Origin: an uncultured Oscillospiraceae bacterium
Lineage (GTDB): Bacteria > Bacillota > Clostridia > Christensenellales > CAG-314
Reading direction: 5' to 3'
NCBI GenBank assembly: GCA_964506035.1
Contig: CAZDLE010000002.1
Span: 1 to 59,809, forward strand
Length of the DNA stretch: 59,809 bases
The notes under the pieces: model-generated
What the model was told of the DNA's origin: nothing
Seen by the model: the letters and a program-made list of their open reading frames with translations, nothing else
Databases searched by the model: none
Shown here: one piece after another, positions 31,278 to 39,988 of the stretch
How positions within the stretch are numbered: the stretch's first letter is position 1
How the letters are laid out: each line of letters begins with the position of its first letter
Made by a program: the position numbers and the translations under genes

Positions 31278-31534
31278 TGGCAAAACGGACGAATTTGCTT
31301 GCTTATAAAGCAAAAAGTGTGTTGATTTATAGCGTGATTGATAGCCATAAAAATAGACAAACGTTTTAGTCGTGCGATAACGCAAACAAAACCATTAACG
31401 AGTTTGATAATTTTCAAGCTCGTTATTTTTTGCTGCTTGTGTTGCAAAACGTAGCAACCGCCGTGCGGCTTATATATTAAATATCGGTGTATTAGATAGA
31501 GTATTGAAACATATTTATATAGATTTTAGTTTTG

Positions 31535-31639
31535 ATATACCATCAACAAATAATATGCCGTAGTGCCGACGTACTCGAGATAGGTTTGATAAATATCTAA
31601 ATATACCATCCAATAAATAATATGCCGTAGTGCCGACGT
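31535..31639. repeat. Two copies of a ~38-bp direct repeat (31535-31572, 31601-31639)
   Basis: atataccatc[a/c]a[c/t]aaataatatgccgtagtgccgacgt, 66 bp apart, embedded in AGATA/TTTGATA-type degenerate repeats. Confidence 0.8.
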
Positions 31640-31832
31640 GTTCCATAAGCACAGTTTTGTTTAATTTTTTTGTGGTCAAACTACCTTTTTTGACAAGTTA
31701 AAGGGGATTTTGTGACTATCAAATGCGGATTTTGCGCGACGTCAAAGCAAAATCTACAATTTTTGCACCGTTTTGCACAAAAATCGTAACAAACGCCTTT
31801 CGCAAAAACGTAACTTGTGGTACAATATATCT

Positions 31833-33659
31833 ATGAATATGCAGGTAGATATCAAAACTAAATTAGCAAACCTTCCGGATGAGCCCGGGGTTTATATAAT
31901 GCTGGATGCCGACGGCAATATCTTGTACGTGGGCAAGGCAAAGGTGCTAAAAAATCGTGTTCGTCAGTACTTCCACGCATCCACCAACAAAACGGAAAAG
32001 GTGTTGGCGATGCTTTCGCACGTGGCGGATTTTCGGTATATCATCACTGCAAGCGAAACGGATGCACTCAGTCTGGAAAACACGCTAATCAAAAAACACA
32101 CCCCGCCCTACAACATTTTGCTAAAGGACGACAAACAATACCCCTACGTAAAGGTGGATTTGAATACCGATTTTCCCAAGTTTACCTCCACACGCAAACT
32201 ACAAAAGGACAAATGCCGATACTTTGGACCTATCACGCAGGGCGGAGCAAAGTCCTTTTTGGAAATTTTGGGCACGGCTTTTCCCACAATCACCTGTAAC
32301 TACAACTTTAACAAACTGCCCAAAAACTTTCGTCCATGTTTGAACTATCACATTGGACGTTGTTGCGCGCCCTGTATTGGCGCCGTCACCAAGGAACAGT
32401 ACCGTCAAATCGTAAACGACGCAGTAAAATTTCTCAACGGGGACGATACCACGGTAAAGCAAATCTTGACGGAAAAAATGATGCAAGCCAGCGAAAAAAT
32501 GCAGTACGAGCAGGCATTGCAGTACAAACGTTATTTGGAATTGATTGACAAAATCTCGCAACAACGCATCGTTGTGCTTAACAAATTTGTCGACTACGAT
32601 ATGTTTGCCGTGGCAAGCAATGGTAAAAACTGCGTTGTAAACCACACAATGATTCGTGGCGGAAAGGTTATTTTTGCCGACAACAACGTGGTGGACGACG
32701 GTGGCTTGGACGAAGCTCAAACTTTGTCTAGTTTTTTGGCAGAGTATTGCGACGTGGTTAAACTGTGTGGAGAAATCTACACAAACGTTCCTTTGCCCGA
32801 CGCCGACGATTTGTCTAACTTGCTTTCCCAAAAAATGCAACAAAAAGTGGTGGTGTACTGTCCACAAAAGGGTGATAAACGTCGTCTTGCAGATATGTCC
32901 TATCGCAACGCGGTGGAATATCTCACAAAAAGCCAAACGGCGCTGGACAAAAAATTCAATACAACTCATGGCGCGGTTTTGCAGCTAAAGGAAATGCTAA
33001 ATCTCAAAACCTTGCCACAACGCATCGAGTGTTACGATATCTCCAACGTGCAGGGTGTAGACAAAGTTGCCAGCATGGTTGTGTTTACCAACGGTCAAAA
33101 GGATGCCGGTCAATACAGACGATTTATCATCAAAACGGTGGAAGGAGCCAACGACTTTGCCAGCATGAAGGAAGTTTTGTTGCGAAGGTTCGAACGCATG
33201 AAGGCAGATGACGGTGTGTTTGGCAAACGCCCCGATTTGATTGTTGTGGATGGTGGTTTGGGACAGTTGGACTACGCCCGTCAAGCCATGGAGGAAAGCG
33301 GTGTAAGCGTACCGATGGTTTCCCTTGCGGAGCGTTTCGAGTGGGTGTACGCATTTGGATCTAACCAACCTATCGTTTTGCCACGCAACAGCTTTGCGCT
33401 CAATTTGTTGGTAAACGTCCGCGACGAAGCTCACCGCTTTGCTATAACCTATTTCCGCAACAAACACAACAAAAACACTATCAAATCCGTCTTGCAGGAA
33501 GTGGACGGCATAGGCGAAAAACGCCGTATCGAACTGCACAGACGTTTTAAAACAATGGACAATTTGCAACAGGCAACCATGCAGGAAATTGCTTCCGTCA
33601 AGGGAATGACAAAACCCACCGCGCAACGCCTGTACGACTTTTTGCACCGCAACGACTAA
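31833..33659 (+). CDS. uvrC: Excinuclease ABC subunit C
   Basis: GIY-YIG N-terminus PGVYIMLDADGNILYVGKAKVLKNRVRQY and C-terminal HhH IDGIGEKRRIELHRRF. I prefer the start at ATG 31833 (MNMQVDIK). Confidence 0.95.
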   Translation: MNMQVDIKTKLANLPDEPGVYIMLDADGNILYVGKAKVLKNRVRQYFHASTNKTEKVLAMLSHVADFRYIITASETDALSLENTLIKKHTPPYNILLKDDKQYPYVKVDLNTDFPKFTSTRKLQKDKCRYFGPITQGGAKSFLEILGTAFPTITCNYNFNKLPKNFRPCLNYHIGRCCAPCIGAVTKEQYRQIVNDAVKFLNGDDTTVKQILTEKMMQASEKMQYEQALQYKRYLELIDKISQQRIVVLNKFVDYDMFAVASNGKNCVVNHTMIRGGKVIFADNNVVDDGGLDEAQTLSSFLAEYCDVVKLCGEIYTNVPLPDADDLSNLLSQKMQQKVVVYCPQKGDKRRLADMSYRNAVEYLTKSQTALDKKFNTTHGAVLQLKEMLNLKTLPQRIECYDISNVQGVDKVASMVVFTNGQKDAGQYRRFIIKTVEGANDFASMKEVLLRRFERMKADDGVFGKRPDLIVVDGGLGQLDYARQAMEESGVSVPMVSLAERFEWVYAFGSNQPIVLPRNSFALNLLVNVRDEAHRFAITYFRNKHNKNTIKSVLQEVDGIGEKRRIELHRRFKTMDNLQQATMQEIASVKGMTKPTAQRLYDFLHRND

Positions 33660-34077
33660 CAACGCAGTATAAAGTTTCGTTGTAAATTGGCGTTTGCAGA
33701 TTGTTTTGACTACCCAAACAATTGCGTTTTAATCAGCGTTATTTGCGTTGTCGAAAAACAAAATCTAACAAAAATACTGATTGATTATAGACGATATTTA
33801 TTGTTTGTAGATGCCGCCACAATCAGCGTTTTTTAGTAAGGTAGTGTTTCAATCGGCTGCCGTTTTGGAAGATAAGGCGGAAGTTTAGTTTTATCGTCCA
33901 ACAGATTTTTGTGTTGAAAAGTTATAATAGTCAACGTCATTTTGTAACGTAAGGTTCAAGTATTTTATATCACGTAAAATATCCGCAAAGATATTGCACA
34001 TAATAATTGTGCACACGCAACAACTCGCATTTATGCACTAAACTACCACTTAACACATACAAAACTGGGGGTTTAAC

Positions 34078-35301
34078 ATGAAAAATGTTATCGTAGGACA
34101 ATCAGGCGGACCAACCGCTGTTATCAACGCAAGCTTGCTTGGTGTCTACAAACAAGCGGTACAGCTTGGCGCAAACAACGTGTACGGCATGCTCTACGGC
34201 ATACAAGGTTTGTTGGAAAACAAAATAGTAAACCTTGGCGATAGTCTTGCAACGGAGCATAATCAACAACTACTTCGTCGCACGCCGTCGGCATTTTTGG
34301 GCTCCTGCAGATACAAGCTTCCCGAACCTGCTTTGGGTAACGAAGTGTATCAAAAGATTTTTGCAATCTTGCAACAATTGGATATTTTTGCATTTTTCTA
34401 CGTCGGTGGAAACGACTCCATGGATACAATCAAAAAACTTTCCGCCTATGCGCAAATGGTGGGTAGCGACGTTCGTTTTGTGGGCGTTCCCAAAACTATC
34501 GACAACGACCTTGCCATAACCGACCATACCCCCGGCTACGGTTCCGCTTGCAAATATATTGCAACCACCTTGAAGGAACTTGTTCGCGACGGACTTGTGT
34601 ACGAAAACGCCGTGATATCCGTTGTGGAAATCATGGGTCGTGATGCCGGCTGGCTAACTGCTGCCGCAAGCCTTGTCAAGGGGGACGATTGCGAAGGTGT
34701 CGAAATGATTTTACTGCCGGAAACGGCTGTGGATATCAACCACTTTTTACAACGTGTTGGCAAAATTGTTGCGCAAAACCGCTCGGCAGTTATCGCCGTG
34801 TCGGAAGGCGTAAAGGTTGCCGATGGACGGTATGTTTGTCAGCTTGCCGACGAAGGCACTCAAAAGGATCCCTTTGGGCACGTCCGTCTTGCCGGAACGT
34901 CTCGCTACCTTGCCGATTTGATTGCAAAAACGTACGGATGTCGCACAAAAAGTATGGAACTGTCCTTTATGCAACGTGCAGCAAGCCACTGTCAATCGCT
35001 AACCGACGTGATGGAATCGCAACGCCTTGGCGAGGGTGCAGTGCAGTTTGCTTTCGACGGTAAAACGGGCATCGTTACAACACTCGTGCGCACAAGCAAC
35101 GCTCCCTATCACTGCGAAGTGCATTTTGCCGATGTCAACAAAATTGCAAACGCCGTCAAAAAAATCCCGACCGAGTGGATCGATGCGGAAAACTACACCG
35201 TCAAGCAACCGCTTGTAGACTATATTTGTCCCCTTGTGGAAGGCTATCTCGAACCCATCTGGCACAACGGACTTGCCCAGCACCTAATTTTGAAAAAGTA
35301 A
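34078..35301 (+). CDS. pfp: Phosphofructokinase family protein, probably the PPi-dependent type
   Basis: GQSGGPTAVINAS, GGNDSMDT (not GGDGS), PKTIDNDL and MGRDAGWL. 407 aa. Confidence 0.8.
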   Translation: MKNVIVGQSGGPTAVINASLLGVYKQAVQLGANNVYGMLYGIQGLLENKIVNLGDSLATEHNQQLLRRTPSAFLGSCRYKLPEPALGNEVYQKIFAILQQLDIFAFFYVGGNDSMDTIKKLSAYAQMVGSDVRFVGVPKTIDNDLAITDHTPGYGSACKYIATTLKELVRDGLVYENAVISVVEIMGRDAGWLTAAASLVKGDDCEGVEMILLPETAVDINHFLQRVGKIVAQNRSAVIAVSEGVKVADGRYVCQLADEGTQKDPFGHVRLAGTSRYLADLIAKTYGCRTKSMELSFMQRAASHCQSLTDVMESQRLGEGAVQFAFDGKTGIVTTLVRTSNAPYHCEVHFADVNKIANAVKKIPTEWIDAENYTVKQPLVDYICPLVEGYLEPIWHNGLAQHLILKK

Positions 35302-35562
35302 CGATATTTAGATTGATGTATCAAAAAATATGTTTAGATAGTTAATTATCGTGGCGCATCAAAAGTAGATACGTAGTTGGATGCGTCCAATTTTACGTAT
35401 CTAATAATAGACATCGAGTTTGATATATCTAAAATAGATATTTGGTTTTCTCCAAAAGGGATATTTCGATAGATATTTAGTTTAACAAATCAAAAATAAG
35501 TCTTTGGTTCGACACGTCAAACAATAGATACCTTGTTTAATACGTCACGAAAAGATAATTTA
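35302..35562. repeat. Array of ~8 degenerate 27-40 bp units (AGATAnnTnGTTTnA...TCAAAA)
   Basis: Examples are agatatttagtttaacaaatcaaaaat, agataccttgtttaatacgtcacgaaa, agataatttatttaatacgc and agacatcgagtttgatatatctaaaat. Similar units occur at 31480-31600. Confidence 0.6.
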
Positions 35563-35589
35563 TTTAATACGCAAAAAAACGACAGTCAA
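35563..35589. repeat. Left flanking inverted repeat of the island (putative attL outer arm)
   Basis: tttaatacgcaaaaaaacgacagtcaa is the imperfect reverse complement of 50998-51030. The 15-mer core aaaaacgacagtcaa is exact. Confidence 0.7.
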
Positions 35590-35805
35590 TAAAAAACACC
35601 CCAAAAAGTTGTCCAACCTTAGTTAGGTATTCTTGGGGAAAATTACACAATAATATTTAACCAAATAGCAGGTTCGTTAGAAAGAGTTCGAGAAATCGGA
35701 CTCTTTTTCTCTCTAAAAATTTTCTATAATACTTCTGTTTATTGGTTGTTTCGACAAAAAAATCAATAGGGACAAACAAAAGGACAAAAATAGGGACATT
35801 TTATG

Positions 35806-35834
35806 TTGACATTTTTATTTTTTAATGTTATAAT
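35806..35834 (+). promoter_or_regulatory. Sigma-70/SigA-type promoter of the first island gene
   Basis: TTGACA (35806-35811), 17-nt spacer, TGtTATAAT (35826-35834). GGAGG lies 7 nt before ATG 35865. Confidence 0.7.
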
Positions 35835-35864
35835 CATAGTGTCATTAAAAAGTGGAGGTTTAAG

Positions 35865-37214
35865 ATGATAAATTTTGGACACGAAACAGAAGAATTAGAG
35901 TTTAAGAAAACAACGGGCGAGCTGCACGATGCAATGAAAGATATTGTGGCGATATTAAATAAACACGAAAACGGCGTTTTGTATTTTGGTATTGCTCCTA
36001 ATGGCGATGTTAAAGGATTGCAGGTTTCAGAATCAACTTTAAGAGATGTTTCTCGAACAATTTTCGAAAGCATTAAGCCGCAATTATATCCGCAAGTACA
36101 AAAAGTTACCATAGACGGTTGTGATATTATTGAAGTGAAATTTAGTGGAAAATATAAGCCCTATTCTGCTTATGGCAAATATTATATCCGAGTTGCTGAT
36201 GAAAGTCGTGAACTAACCCCTGCAGAATTGAAAGAAATGATGTTAATTAATGAATATTCTGAACATTGGGAGCAGCACGCAACATCCTTTTCAATAAATG
36301 ACGTAGATGAAAAAGCACTTAAAGACTTCTACTCTCGCGCTACTGCCTGTGGACGACTTCCCGACGATGGATACGATGCCGAAAAACTGCTTAATAAGCT
36401 TGGGGTGTTGAAAGACGGACAACTTAATAACGCAGGTTATGTTTTATTTGGAAATAATGGTCCTGTAACGTTAAAGATGGCACTATTCGCAACGGACGAA
36501 AAATTAACGTTTTTAGATATAAATAGAACGGAAAACAACATTTATAATCTTGTTGATGAAGCGCTTACATATATTAAGAAAAATATTCGTTGGCGCGCGG
36601 AAATTGGAAATGTTACAAGAGAGGAAATTCCCGAAATACCGTTGAAAGCTCTCCGTGAAATTGTAGTAAATAGTTTTGCTCACGCTCAATACGGAACGTC
36701 TACCCAACACGAAATAGACGTGCATCCGGGAAAAGTTGTTATATATAATCCGGGAGAATTTCCACCTGAGTTTTCCCCTGAGGATTTTGCTAACAAGAAT
36801 CTTTCGTCTATAATACGAAATGAATTAATTGCGAAAGTGTTATATTTATGCCACGATATAGAGTCTTTTGCAAGTGGATTTAAGAGAGTTTATACACTTT
36901 GCAAAGAAAACGACGTTAGTTGTTCCTATGAAAAAACGCCTATAGGTTTTTCATTTATATTTTTAAGAAATGACCCTAATGCGATAATTAATGTCCCTAA
37001 ACGAGAATATAATGTCCCTATAATCCTTTCAAAAACCGAAAAGTTAGTTTACGAAATATTAAAAGAACAACCTTCATTAACAAGAGAAGAGCTTGCAATT
37101 GAAATATCTAAGACAACAAAAACAGTACAACGTGCGCTTGACTCATTAAAAACAAAAGGATTAATTATTCGGGTAGGAACAAATCGTAAAGGTTATTGGA
37201 AAACAACAGATTAA
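35865..37214 (+). CDS. AlbA_2 (Schlafen-like) / HATPase_c_4 / C-terminal winged-HTH protein (putative regulator or sensor)
   Basis: N-terminal ETEELEFKKTTGEL...NGVLYFGIAPNGDVKGLQ (AlbA_2 pattern), LREIVVNSFAHAQY...VVIYNPGEFP (RecG-C-like HATPase_c_4), and a C-terminal LVYEILKEQPSLTREELAIEISKTTKTVQRALDSLKTKGLI wHTH. Confidence 0.85.
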   Translation: MINFGHETEELEFKKTTGELHDAMKDIVAILNKHENGVLYFGIAPNGDVKGLQVSESTLRDVSRTIFESIKPQLYPQVQKVTIDGCDIIEVKFSGKYKPYSAYGKYYIRVADESRELTPAELKEMMLINEYSEHWEQHATSFSINDVDEKALKDFYSRATACGRLPDDGYDAEKLLNKLGVLKDGQLNNAGYVLFGNNGPVTLKMALFATDEKLTFLDINRTENNIYNLVDEALTYIKKNIRWRAEIGNVTREEIPEIPLKALREIVVNSFAHAQYGTSTQHEIDVHPGKVVIYNPGEFPPEFSPEDFANKNLSSIIRNELIAKVLYLCHDIESFASGFKRVYTLCKENDVSCSYEKTPIGFSFIFLRNDPNAIINVPKREYNVPIILSKTEKLVYEILKEQPSLTREELAIEISKTTKTVQRALDSLKTKGLIIRVGTNRKGYWKTTD

Positions 37215-37220
37215 TTTTAT

Positions 37221-37258
37221 AAATATGACGGAGGCTGTCATATTTAGTGTGTTATAAT
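37221..37258 (+). promoter_or_regulatory. Palindrome AAATATGAC-N7-GTCATATTT abutting an extended -10 (TGtTATAAT)
   Basis: Hairpin/operator-like inverted repeat at 37221-37245. TGtTATAAT is at 37250-37258. It lies in the 72-nt gap between the wHTH gene and the 899-aa gene. Confidence 0.5.
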
Positions 37259-37286
37259 TGCTTGAATTATACTAACGAGGTGTCGT

Positions 37287-39986
37287 ATGGAAGAACTTAA
37301 GAATAAAATTCTACAAGCAATGCAATCTGATTTCATTGGTGACGTGCAATTCGATGAAGACGAAATCGCCCAAATGAAGGAAGACTGTAAGGAATTTTAT
37401 CGTGCAGCTCAAAATACTTGGAGTAAATATTATAAAAGAGAAGATATTTGCGAATTAATTGTTTTAATAGTGAATATTGCAAAGTCTTGGAACGATGAAA
37501 GCGAAGGTCGTTTTTGGACTAAACTTTTTGGCGAAATATTTGAGGACTCATCTATCTCACCTATTAAGTTTTATAATGATTTTGAGAACTGTTTAAATGC
37601 TTATAATAAAACTTTATTTCGCTCTAAAGAAAACAAAAGGATGTTTAGAGAAGTTTTCTTATTGCACGCATTTGCGCCTGAAAAATCGGGAGAATCGTTT
37701 ATTCGATTATTGTGGAATTGGTATAGCGATATCGATGTTATAAACTTTGACCACCAACATAATGATGCTTTATATACGCAACTCGCATCATTCTTAAACA
37801 AAGAATTTGGTGGAAAAACTGATTTAGATGAAGACGTAGACTTTGAAGGTAAAATCTATTCAATAAAATCTTCCTTCAAATATTTATTCGCCCAAAACAA
37901 AGAAGCTGGAATCGTATTATTAGATTCTTTATTCTCAAACTTTGACGACATCTATTTTAACGGCAAGTACAATAAAGATTCTTTTTATGCCGAAAGATGT
38001 TCTGCTATCGTTGAAAAAATTCTACAAGAAAGTAATATCAAAACTGAACGCCGTAAAAGACACCATACGGAGCATATTGTTAGTGATTATAGCAAAATAT
38101 ATGCAGGATATGAAATAGACGAGCAAGGTGTAGCAAGCTTGTTTATCCCTGAAATTCATGCGATAGATGAAGAAGCTGAAGATTATTCGTTAGAAGTTCT
38201 TAATAATGAAGAAGTAGTTTATTCCGATGAAGGCTATATTGTAGGGAGTAATATTAAACGGAAAATTAAAAGGATTTCGATACCTTTCTCTTCTTTCATT
38301 AACAAACTTGAAGACAAAATTGATATAGTGATAAAATTATCCGTAATAAGAGACGGCGATGAAGTAGAAATCTTCAACTCGAAAAAGTCTTTATTTCGTG
38401 ACTTTATTTTATTCAAAGGTAATAGAGAAACTCGTTTGGATAATTGCAAGCCTAATGTTTCTTATTATTTAGTTCACACACCGAGCCTTAATATAAGCAA
38501 GTTTACAAATTGCGCTGTTAAGGATATTAATGCCTATACAAGTACGATATTTACCGAAGAAAACGATTATATATCAACGAGCAATCAACAAGTTTTCTTC
38601 AACATTGTACCAAAAGACTCTCACGTAATTTTAGACGGAAGACGATACGAAAACACTATATACCAAAAAGATGGTGTAGAATATCCCTTCTTTAAGTCGG
38701 TTAAAACCATAAGCGTTATTATTCCAAAAACTACAAATGCAAACAACATCACCTTAACTGTGGACGATGAAAAACACTATCCCTTATCTGCTTGTGCTGT
38801 TGCTAACGATAATACTTTTATTATTGATACCGCTAAAATTAACACCGATGGTAGCGGTGCGCATAAAATTTTATTTTCTGATGTGCGTCAAAAGAAATTG
38901 CTCCATACTGTTTTATATTACATTACACGTGATGTAGGTGTGCACGTTACGGGAAGCAATTATCTTTTCGGTGCGAAAACAGTTAATGCTTTCTTGCAAG
39001 CCCATAACGGTGGTGAGTCCGCAACTTTATATTCCATTAATCCCCGCGTTGGCAGTGAAAAGGTTGAATTTGATTATGACGAAGGAACTATAATAATAGA
39101 CCTACCATATGTAAAATGGCGCATTGATGACGGCGAATGGAATTATTCCGAATTAGACAAAAAGATTTGGCACAAAGAACCGTTTTTACATAGCAACTGC
39201 ATTGTGGAGATTGAAAACAATTCTCAACTTACAACGGAATTATTTATAAACGACCAAAGAATCGAATTATCTAAAAGCGGTAAGTATTTGCTTGGCGATG
39301 CTTTAACTGAAGCAAACGCTAATAGAGAAAATGCGATATATTTATCTATAAATGGATTCAATCATCTCTTATTTGAAGTTCTGAATAAAGAAGAACTGTC
39401 GGATTTTGATATTGATATCGAAGAAAAGACTGTAGATTTCTCTCGTGGATTTATTGGCGATGACGATGCAAGATTTTTAATGCGTTTAACTAATGAAAAC
39501 AATGAATACGAACTTGAAACTTATATTACAGACACCTTTGAAGAAGACATAATAGATGGCGAATATGACGTTGAAATTTATCTCGTAGATTTCTTTGACA
39601 ATAAAACACTTTTACTTGACGGCTGTTTTGTTATAGGTAATCCCGACAAGTTTTGTTTTGATGATTGTAGAATTGTATTAACCAAATTTAATAGACCTAA
39701 CGCAGGTAAGGTCAAATTCCAAAATTCTTATATTGCTGACTTAAAATACTTGAGAGAAGAAACAATTGGTAGCGTATATTCGGGTGTTTTAATTGATAAA
39801 AGAATGAAATATGACGTGGAAGTATATAAAAAGGACGAACGCTCGTTAAAATTCTACTTCGTTAAAGGTGAAGACTTATTACCTATAGGCTTTGATTTAA
39901 CGAAAAATGCTTTCACTCAATCAACTATTGATGATAAGAATATAATTTCTTGTACGTCTTGCTACTATGATGTTGAGGAGATTTAA
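37287..39986 (+). CDS. Large hypothetical protein (899 aa), partner of the DUF1998 helicase; possible DruH analogue
   Basis: Long uninterrupted ORF with RBS gaggtg. Its stop is 2 nt before the helicase start. I recognise no catalytic or binding motif. The first ~270 aa look helical and the rest looks beta-rich. Confidence 0.85.
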   Translation: MEELKNKILQAMQSDFIGDVQFDEDEIAQMKEDCKEFYRAAQNTWSKYYKREDICELIVLIVNIAKSWNDESEGRFWTKLFGEIFEDSSISPIKFYNDFENCLNAYNKTLFRSKENKRMFREVFLLHAFAPEKSGESFIRLLWNWYSDIDVINFDHQHNDALYTQLASFLNKEFGGKTDLDEDVDFEGKIYSIKSSFKYLFAQNKEAGIVLLDSLFSNFDDIYFNGKYNKDSFYAERCSAIVEKILQESNIKTERRKRHHTEHIVSDYSKIYAGYEIDEQGVASLFIPEIHAIDEEAEDYSLEVLNNEEVVYSDEGYIVGSNIKRKIKRISIPFSSFINKLEDKIDIVIKLSVIRDGDEVEIFNSKKSLFRDFILFKGNRETRLDNCKPNVSYYLVHTPSLNISKFTNCAVKDINAYTSTIFTEENDYISTSNQQVFFNIVPKDSHVILDGRRYENTIYQKDGVEYPFFKSVKTISVIIPKTTNANNITLTVDDEKHYPLSACAVANDNTFIIDTAKINTDGSGAHKILFSDVRQKKLLHTVLYYITRDVGVHVTGSNYLFGAKTVNAFLQAHNGGESATLYSINPRVGSEKVEFDYDEGTIIIDLPYVKWRIDDGEWNYSELDKKIWHKEPFLHSNCIVEIENNSQLTTELFINDQRIELSKSGKYLLGDALTEANANRENAIYLSINGFNHLLFEVLNKEELSDFDIDIEEKTVDFSRGFIGDDDARFLMRLTNENNEYELETYITDTFEEDIIDGEYDVEIYLVDFFDNKTLLLDGCFVIGNPDKFCFDDCRIVLTKFNRPNAGKVKFQNSYIADLKYLREETIGSVYSGVLIDKRMKYDVEVYKKDERSLKFYFVKGEDLLPIGFDLTKNAFTQSTIDDKNIISCTSCYYDVEEI

Positions 39987-39988
39987 AA

